Origin: an uncultured Poribacteria bacterium
Lineage (GTDB): Bacteria > Poribacteria > WGA-4E > WGA-3G
Assembly: GCA_951813565.1 (NCBI GenBank)
Contig: OX638351.1
Span: forward strand, 5,056,001-5,120,000
DNA: 64,000 nucleotides
Direction: 5' to 3'
Shown: positions 57,041-64,000 of the stretch, piece by piece
How positions within the stretch are numbered: position 1 is the stretch's first letter
Layout: each line of letters opens with the position of its first letter
Notes under the pieces: model-generated
The model's input: only the letters and a program-made list of their open reading frames with translations
Told to the model about the DNA's origin: nothing
Database searches by the model: none
Made by a program: the position numbers and the translations under genes

Positions 57041-58450
57041 TTATTTCCTTTTGGCACACGGCACAATAATGGAATCCACCATCCCGTGTAATATCTTCTT
57101 ATCTGCTGGACAGACAGCCGCCTGAATTCCGCCAAGTTTCACTGTATCACCTACAACAAAATAGTATGGGCGCAGAAGCGGACGGGACGGCATCTCTTGC
57201 ATATCCTTAGTCTCAAAATCGTAGTATTGCATCCGTACCCGTTTTGCGGTGTGAAACTGCTGGAGGACATGGGGCGTTTTCTCAAAGTCTTCCAAAGCGT
57301 TTTCAATTACAGATTCCCATTCCTCTGTAGGCAAATCATGCCCGATGGCTACGCCACGGCTTCCCCATGCCAGCTCCGAAAATCCTGAAGGTTTGATAAC
57401 CAATTCCCGTTGTTTTTGTGTTACAGTGCTCAGTTGTCGCCAGTCTGTCACAGGCATATTATCTATTTCCAAGTTTGGAATTACAGCATGCGGCGGTAGC
57501 GGACGAGAATCAAGTACCCATGTCTGTGGGATCGCTTCCTGTAGAAACGGATAGGTTTTTTTCCCAAGTTGACGTTGCCAAAACGGTTGGAGTGACGGAT
57601 GGTGGAAAAGCGCGAGACACAATTTTTCTTCTAAGTACGCTTTCGGCGGCGGCGTCATGACAACAGTGCGTTTCTTGGCACTATAGAAGATTAACTCTGC
57701 TTTCGGGATGTTGGGAAGATCAAACAGTTCATAGAAACGGTAAACGACATCAACAGCCATTCTACCATCTTCACTTTCAGCAAAGAGTCCATCTTCTGTA
57801 AAGATAATCTCGTGCGGTTTGACAGCGGCAGTTTTGAGTCCTGCATCACAAAGCGCATTCGCGAGCCACACCATCTCCGGGCGATAGTCCTCAGATTCAT
57901 CTGAAACAACAATCGCAAGCGTAGGATCGTCTTTCTTTGCTAAAGCACGTATCATCTCAGCGTATCCAATTACCATCCCGTCTTTACCACCGATGATGGA
58001 ATATCCGAGTTTCGTATATAGCCTTGCCAGACAACCTGTCGCACCGATGAAACCAGGGATAGAATCCAACTCTGTAATTACCCTGGTGTTGTCCGTAGTA
58101 GGCAAAATATCTGGACGTATAACACCGGGCAGTTGACTTTTAAAGCGGTTCATCCGTCCCTGCTGAATGACACTCTCTGGTTTGCCAATATCTAAATAAT
58201 TTGCTACCCAGGCAGGTTGAATGCCTCTCGCACTTTGCGAATAGAGTAAGTTACAGGCACGATAAAAACTTAACAGGTGAGTACCCAGTTCTTCAAACCA
58301 ACTAAACTCTTCTTGTGAAATCCAGAAAGGTTCTGGTGAGATTCTCCATGAGGTATTACAATCAGGATGAACATCTCGTTTTTCGCTGGAAAATAACCTT
58401 TCCTTCGGTATCTCATCGTTAATAAACAAACATATCTGTTTTACATCCAA
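57041..58450 (-). CDS. Hypothetical protein, circularly permuted ATP-grasp-like
   Basis: IRPD....ITELD, YRFYELFD, EEK..LA, VIKPSG...WGSRGV.IG, VLQQF. Confidence 0.6.
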   Translation of the reverse strand: MDVKQICLFINDEIPKERLFSSEKRDVHPDCNTSWRISPEPFWISQEEFSWFEELGTHLLSFYRACNLLYSQSARGIQPAWVANYLDIGKPESVIQQGRMNRFKSQLPGVIRPDILPTTDNTRVITELDSIPGFIGATGCLARLYTKLGYSIIGGKDGMVIGYAEMIRALAKKDDPTLAIVVSDESEDYRPEMVWLANALCDAGLKTAAVKPHEIIFTEDGLFAESEDGRMAVDVVYRFYELFDLPNIPKAELIFYSAKKRTVVMTPPPKAYLEEKLCLALFHHPSLQPFWQRQLGKKTYPFLQEAIPQTWVLDSRPLPPHAVIPNLEIDNMPVTDWRQLSTVTQKQRELVIKPSGFSELAWGSRGVAIGHDLPTEEWESVIENALEDFEKTPHVLQQFHTAKRVRMQYYDFETKDMQEMPSRPLLRPYYFVVGDTVKLGGIQAAVCPADKKILHGMVDSIIVPCAKRK

Positions 58451-58485
58451 ACTAAAACTCCCTTACAGTGTGCAATTCTTGCTAA

Positions 58486-60069
58486 CTAAAGGATAACCTG
58501 CTTAACAAAATCAATTTTTTTCTGCGCCGCAATCGTTTTTATAACATTCCGTGGCACCAAACTATCCACATTAATAAGTGTCAGTGCAACTTCTCCGATG
58601 CGTGAACGTCCGACCGTCATATCCGCGATGTTGATGTTATGCTCACCCAAAATTGTGCCGATTAGTCCAATCATACCCGGTTGATCGCTGTTGTAAATAA
58701 GCAGTATATATCCCTCTGGCGTCGCGTTCAGATGAAGTTGGTTAATACGGACGATACGGATATCTTTTCGTCCGAAGGTTGTCCCAGCAAGGACTGCATC
58801 GCCTCTATCTGTGGTAACGGTAACGGTCATCAAGTTCGCAAAGTCTGCCTGTGAGTCGCTTTTGGTCTCAGTCACCGAAATGCCGCGTTGCTTAATTAAA
58901 AATGGCGCGTTTACGTAGTTAACCTCTGTTAGCACGGGTGATAATAACCCTTTCTGTAAAGCAACAGTGATAGGTGTTACATCTTCTTTCTGAAAAAGCG
59001 TGCCGCTATAATGAATTTTGATAGCCGAAATTTGCCCTTCAACAATTTGGGAGTGAAAACTTCCAATCTTTTCAGCAAGTTGAAGATAGGGACCCAAAAT
59101 GTCAAACATTCTTGGATCAATTTTGGGTTGATTAACAGCGTTAGCGACCGGTTTGCCTTGTAAGGCGTTGATTACCTGTTGTGCTACTTCAATAGCAACA
59201 TGCTCTTGTGCTTCGGTCGTTGATGCGCCGAGGTGTGGTAGCGCGAGAAAATTATCCAATTCAAGGAGTGGGCTATCAATTGCGGGTTCATCTTCAAACA
59301 CATCAAGCGCAGCGCCCGCTATCTGTCCATCTTTTAGTGCGTGATAGAGTGCCTTTTCGTCAATAATACCCCCACGGGCACAGTTGATTAGACGGGCAGT
59401 GGGTTTCATCAATTGGAATTCGGTTTCCCCGATACTATGGTATGTCTCCGCATTGAGATGGGTATGAATAGAGATATAGTCCGATTCTCGGAATAAGGTT
59501 TCGCTGTCAACGAGACGGACTCCCATTTTATCTGCAGCATTAGCAGAGATATAAGGGTCAAAAGCGATGAGTTGCATGCCGAAAGCGTGTGCACGCTTCG
59601 TGACTTCACGCCCAATTCTGCCGAGTCCGACAGTGCCGAAAACCTTACCGTATAACTCAACGCCAATAAAGTCGTTCCGTTGCCAAGTTCGGTTTTTGAG
59701 AGAGATACCAGCAGGCACAATGTTACGTGCCAACGCTAATAATAGCGCTACGGTATGCTCCGCTGCTGCAATCGTATTACCGGTAGGCGTATTGACGACT
59801 AAAATCCCGTTTTGCGTTGCCGCTTCTACATCAATGTTATCTACGCCAACCCCCGCACGTCCGATAACTTTTAGCCGTTTTGCTGCATCAATAACATCTG
59901 CTGTCACTCTCGTCTCACTTCTAATCAGTAGGGCATCATAATCGGCAATACGTTCCAACAATTCCTCATCGGTCAACGCCAACGCAACATCAACCTTGAA
60001 ATCGCCGCTTTTGATTAAAACATCTAAACCCCGCTGTGATAGCAAATCGCTAACCAGCACTTTGTCCAT
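58486..60069 (-). CDS. serA: D-3-phosphoglycerate dehydrogenase
   Basis: GRAGVGVDNID, GLGRIG, NCARGG, PHLGASTTEAQ, ASB and ACT (DQPGMIG) domains. Confidence 0.96.
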   Translation of the reverse strand: MDKVLVSDLLSQRGLDVLIKSGDFKVDVALALTDEELLERIADYDALLIRSETRVTADVIDAAKRLKVIGRAGVGVDNIDVEAATQNGILVVNTPTGNTIAAAEHTVALLLALARNIVPAGISLKNRTWQRNDFIGVELYGKVFGTVGLGRIGREVTKRAHAFGMQLIAFDPYISANAADKMGVRLVDSETLFRESDYISIHTHLNAETYHSIGETEFQLMKPTARLINCARGGIIDEKALYHALKDGQIAGAALDVFEDEPAIDSPLLELDNFLALPHLGASTTEAQEHVAIEVAQQVINALQGKPVANAVNQPKIDPRMFDILGPYLQLAEKIGSFHSQIVEGQISAIKIHYSGTLFQKEDVTPITVALQKGLLSPVLTEVNYVNAPFLIKQRGISVTETKSDSQADFANLMTVTVTTDRGDAVLAGTTFGRKDIRIVRINQLHLNATPEGYILLIYNSDQPGMIGLIGTILGEHNINIADMTVGRSRIGEVALTLINVDSLVPRNVIKTIAAQKKIDFVKQVIL

Positions 60070-60229
60070 AATTGATCCCTCCTGCTAACGCATAAGGCGT
60101 TTAAAATTGTAGCACCTTAACCCCACAGTGTCAATAAAAAGAATTATGGCAGATAAATTTGCAATCCTGTCTACCAATGTGTAAAGATATACGTAACCTT
60201 AGTCTTGGTGGTTACTTCTATCCAATCCC

Positions 60230-60450
60230 TGTAGGTCGGGTAAAGCGAAGCGAAACTCGACAACTCTTGTAGGAGGGACCTCTTGTTGGATGGCTTTCTA
60301 AGCCCGATTTCTTCTTGTAGGAGCGACTTCTTGTGTGCCTTCTTCTTGTAGGAGGGACCTCTTGTGGGAGGGCTTCTAAGCCCGATTTCTTCTTGTAGGA
60401 GCGAGCTCTTGTGGGAGGGACATCTTGTTGGATGGCTTTCTAAGCCCGAT
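60230..60450. repeat. Mosaic of REP fragments each starting with CTTGT
   Basis: Repeated CTTGTAGGAG.., CTTGT(T/G)GGA(T/G)GGCT..CTAAGCCCGAT.. and CTTGTGTGCC.. segments. Confidence 0.75.
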
Positions 60451-61079
60451 TTCTTCTTGTAGGAGCGAGCTCCAGCTCGCGACCGCAGCACCAACCGTAA
60501 AAACGCGCATCTTCCACCCATAAAACCCCAAAAATCCAAACTCAAATTCCGCGCAATCCGCGTCCTCCGCGATTCAGACAAATAACGCGTTTCATCGCAA
60601 TTCATTGCCAAATCAACGCCAAGCGCGCTTGGGCGAATACGCGTATGGTATTCACCATGACTTGTCGCCTCGGACATTCTGTAGGAGGAACCTCTTGTGT
60701 GCCTTCTTCTTGTAGGAGCGAGCTCCAGCTCGCGACCGCAGCACCAACCGTAAAAACGCGCATCTTCCACCCATAAAACCCCAAAAATCCAAACTCAAAT
60801 TCCGCGCAATCCGCGTCCTCCGCGATTCAGACAAATAACGCGTTTCATCGCAATTCATTGCCAAATCAACGCCAAGCGCGCTTGGGCGAATACGCGTATG
60901 GTATTCACCATGACTTGTCGCCTCGGACATTCTGTAGGAGGAACCTCTTGTGTGCCTTCTTCTTGTAGGAGCGAGCTCCAGCTCGCGACCGCAGCACCAA
61001 CCGTAAAAACGCGCATCTTCCACCCATAAAACCCCAAAAATCCAAACTCAAATTCCGCGTCCTCCGCGATTCAGACAAA
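60451..61079. repeat. ~2.5 x 253-bp tandem repeat of REP-rich sequence
   Basis: Units start at 60451, 60704 and 60957. Confidence 0.92.
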
Positions 61080-61171
61080 ATTCCAAACCTATTGGATATC
61101 TATTGGAAATCTATTGTTCCCAACGCCACAAAAACTTTCAACACCCTCCCACCTTCAGTTATAATATCAGT

Positions 61172-63097
61172 ATGAAAAATCATACACAACCGCATCAAGA
61201 CAAAAAACAAAAAAATAACCAACAAAACCACGTCGTTGAGCTGGAACGCAGCATGCATGAGAGAATGCTGAAATTGCTTGACAGAAGATTGCACAGAATT
61301 GAACAGGATCCAGACACCGACGAGAACGACAAAAAACTGACAATATGCATAGACGACTACGCCAAACTTATACGCGCAAAAAACACAAAAATGAAACGCG
61401 ACAACATCGAACAACGAGGATACGACACAAACGCACAACTCACAGATAGGAAATATAAAGAAAAACAAAAGGCAAAACATAACGCAAAGTTCCCAGAAAC
61501 CAGTGCATCACAGCACAACTCTGCACTGAACGAGCAGCCAGAACAATCCGACAATGCCGAACAGACCGACGAAATAGAACAACCTGATGAAGAACCCCAT
61601 CAACTCACACATCTACATCCTGATATGGAGCAGTATCAAGCCGTTCTCCCCGAGTCGGAGGACAAAAACGACACCAGGAGGTGCAATCTCCGACTCGCGA
61701 CTGCCAGCAAACAACCAACACCCAAACAAAAACCACCCATCATAGAATACAACCCGAACGGATTCCGTCCACACGGGCAGATGCAAGACCTATTCAAATC
61801 ACACGCAAACATAAAAATAGCTGGCGGCACCTACGATGCTGGCAAAACATATAGTTGCGTCGCATACATAGACCAGTTAGCAAGGACATATCCCGGCGCA
61901 CGACTCACCTTCGTCCATCGCAGCCTCAACAGAGTATATCGCAACATCATTCCAACTTACGAAAAATATCTCGGATTCCGACCCAGAAGTCGCGCCGACC
62001 CGAATACCACACCCATCACACGATACGGCGGCGAACATCCCGACTTCTTTGAATACTGGAACGGCACTCGCATCTACATGAACGGATTAGACAAACCGCA
62101 GAACTTGCTATCCGACTTCTTTGATGCAGCCTTCGTCAACCAAGCAGAACTCGTATCCTTTGATACATGGGACGAACTCACCGCACGAGTATCCGAACGC
62201 GCAGGCACACTGCCAATCGCTTTCCTACTCGGAGATTGTAATCCCAGCACACCGAACCACTGGATTCGGCAGCAGACAAAAGCCGGAAAACTCGCATATT
62301 TCGAGATGACATTCAGAGACAATCCCGAAATATACAATCAACAAACAGGCGAGCTAACCGAAAAAGGCAAGCGCCGTGTTGAAAGGTTACAAAATCTTGA
62401 AGGTTTGCGATACAAACGCGGATACGAAGGCAAATGGGCATCGGGAGAAGGACTCGTATTTGACACATTTCTGCCTGAAGTGCATGTCATCGACAACTTC
62501 ACCATCTCAACCAAATGGGAACGTTATATCAGTATCGACTGGGGATTTCGTAATCCATCTTGCTGTATATGGTGGGCACGGTCACCAGATGACCGCATCT
62601 ATGCATACAAAGAGATATACAAAACGAAACTCACAAAACCCGATTTCATACGGATGATAAAAGCAAATTGTGACGCTTCAGACCGCATCCGATATGCAGC
62701 CGTAGATAGCGCGGATCAGGATGCCGTTGAGCAGCTACAACGCGCCGGTTTCCGTGTCAACCAACCCAAAAAATCGCGTACCACACAAATTGACGCTATC
62801 AAGGAACGGTTAAAAGTAGACAGAACGGGCGCACCTGCAATCTTTTTCCTGCGAGACAGACTTGTACATCCGCCAGATCAAGATTTGAAGGACACATATC
62901 GTCCCCTTGAAGTCACAGATGAGTTCTTGAGTTGTACTTATGATGAAAATATGCGTGGCACAAACAAAGATGACGAGGCAATCAAAGGCGATAACCACGG
63001 CATAGATAGCACCGCATATTTGATATTGAGTCTACAAGGCGGGCAACGTCTCGGCAGTGGACGCGTCCTCCATGCAAGTGTGCAGATACGGTCATAG
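61172..63097 (+). CDS. Phage terminase large subunit-like protein (orphan, N-terminally extended)
   Basis: GG...AGKT Walker A, F.YWNGT.I...GLD.P, GDCNP coupling motif, DNP, SIDWGFRNP, DSA, DNHGIDS..Y nuclease motifs. Confidence 0.82.
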   Translation: MKNHTQPHQDKKQKNNQQNHVVELERSMHERMLKLLDRRLHRIEQDPDTDENDKKLTICIDDYAKLIRAKNTKMKRDNIEQRGYDTNAQLTDRKYKEKQKAKHNAKFPETSASQHNSALNEQPEQSDNAEQTDEIEQPDEEPHQLTHLHPDMEQYQAVLPESEDKNDTRRCNLRLATASKQPTPKQKPPIIEYNPNGFRPHGQMQDLFKSHANIKIAGGTYDAGKTYSCVAYIDQLARTYPGARLTFVHRSLNRVYRNIIPTYEKYLGFRPRSRADPNTTPITRYGGEHPDFFEYWNGTRIYMNGLDKPQNLLSDFFDAAFVNQAELVSFDTWDELTARVSERAGTLPIAFLLGDCNPSTPNHWIRQQTKAGKLAYFEMTFRDNPEIYNQQTGELTEKGKRRVERLQNLEGLRYKRGYEGKWASGEGLVFDTFLPEVHVIDNFTISTKWERYISIDWGFRNPSCCIWWARSPDDRIYAYKEIYKTKLTKPDFIRMIKANCDASDRIRYAAVDSADQDAVEQLQRAGFRVNQPKKSRTTQIDAIKERLKVDRTGAPAIFFLRDRLVHPPDQDLKDTYRPLEVTDEFLSCTYDENMRGTNKDDEAIKGDNHGIDSTAYLILSLQGGQRLGSGRVLHASVQIRS

Positions 63098-64000
63098 GTA
63101 CCCACTACCTAAAGGTAGGGGCTTGTGCTTCCTTGCGACTGCGGTTTTCGCTTAGCGTCCACCGTCTTAGTGTCGCTCCACTTTAGGCAGCCAAGCCTGC
63201 CTGTTTGATATTGATAGCAGCGTTGGTGTCTCGGTCGTGGTGTGAACCACATTTGGGGCATGTCCACTGCCTATCAGAAAGAGAGAGTTCTTTGTTATGG
63301 TATCCACAATCACTACAAGGTTTTGTTGTTGCTATCCATTGAGAGATTTGGACAAGTTTTTTGCCGTGTTTGGCACACTTCTGTTCCAATATCTGAAGAA
63401 ACTGGTAGAAAGAATGGTCAGAAACTTTACGTCCCCAAAGCCGTTTCATACCGTCAAGGTTCAGGGTTTCCAAAATGAGTGTGTCAAACTCTACACAAAG
63501 TTTTGAGGCAAGTTTCCATTGCCAATCTTCTCTTTGTCGGGCAATTTTTCTGTGTTGCCTTGCCAAAGCACGGCACGCACGATAATAGTTGTTAGAACCT
63601 TTGACTTTACGACTGAGTGCTTTGTTGAGAGATCGCAACGTGTTGAGTGATTGTTTGAAAAACTGCGGGGATTCTATTGTGTCCCCTTCGTCGCTTGTGA
63701 GGAATGTTTTGTTTCCGTAATCAAATCCTGCGCTCTTACCCGTCTTGGGTTTGGGTTCGGAATCGTCAACATTCTCGCACGAAAAGCATATCCAATAGTC
63801 ACCGCACCTATCGCGTTTGATTGTGATCGTCTTGATGACACCTTTGATTTCACGGTGTTTGTGAAAGGAAAACCATGTGTCTATACAGTTGATTTTGATA
63901 CGGTTCCCTTCAAGTTTGTAGCCCGCTTGTGTGAAGGTCATGGCGTTGTATTTGTGGCGGGGTTTGATTTTCGGTCTACCCACTTTACGCGTTGTTTTAC
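63091..64000 (-). mobile_element. IS200/IS605-family element, truncated by the window end
   Basis: tnpB plus structured 3' region and right-end hairpin CCCCTACCTTTAGGTAGTGGG followed by ...TGAC. Confidence 0.8.
63183..64000 (-). CDS. tnpB: RNA-guided endonuclease TnpB (5'-truncated)
   Basis: GFDYGNKTF, ILETLNL, CSDC/CPKC, HDRDTNAAINI; frame open to the window edge. Confidence 0.9.
   Translation of the reverse strand, partial: KTTRKVGRPKIKPRHKYNAMTFTQAGYKLEGNRIKINCIDTWFSFHKHREIKGVIKTITIKRDRCGDYWICFSCENVDDSEPKPKTGKSAGFDYGNKTFLTSDEGDTIESPQFFKQSLNTLRSLNKALSRKVKGSNNYYRACRALARQHRKIARQREDWQWKLASKLCVEFDTLILETLNLDGMKRLWGRKVSDHSFYQFLQILEQKCAKHGKKLVQISQWIATTKPCSDCGYHNKELSLSDRQWTCPKCGSHHDRDTNAAINIKQAGLAA

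Noticed and set aside
60171..61037. Duplicated ORFs MEDARFYG... and MGFYGWK...
   Set aside because: Translations of the 253-bp tandem repeat, with no RBS or domain signal.
61172..64000. Intact prophage
   Set aside because: Only a terminase-like gene is visible; no portal, capsid or integrase lies inside the window, though genes beyond 64000 cannot be excluded.

Overview
Bacterial chromosomal segment, probably Candidatus Poribacteria. This is inferred from the LamG, TolB and Kelch proteins sharing a C-terminal 'V.P.GK..TTWG.(L/I)K' tail, several PhyH and Gfo/Idh/MocA enzymes, a giant TPR protein and dense REP-like palindromes. Housekeeping genes (rsgA, uppS-like, recG, smc, comF, msrA, serA) are interleaved with a rich mobilome: two IS200/IS605 tnpB elements, a REP-associated tyrosine transposase (RAYT), and at least four MITE families with visible TIRs and target-site duplications (TSDs). 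Most notable: (1) two tandem integrase-less ~2.35-kb cassettes at the 3' end of a deoxyhypusine-synthase-like gene, bounded by three 49-bp att-like copies, with near-identical flanks but strongly diverged cargo; (2) a ~35-nt tail+hairpin unit inserted into REP palindromes and into itself; (3) a covarying structured RNA motif starting at the predicted +1 of two unrelated genes; (4) two insertions that separate recG from its promoter and ribosome-binding site; (5) an orphan terminase with a Walker B DE->NQ change. All calls come from manual reading; no database searches were run.
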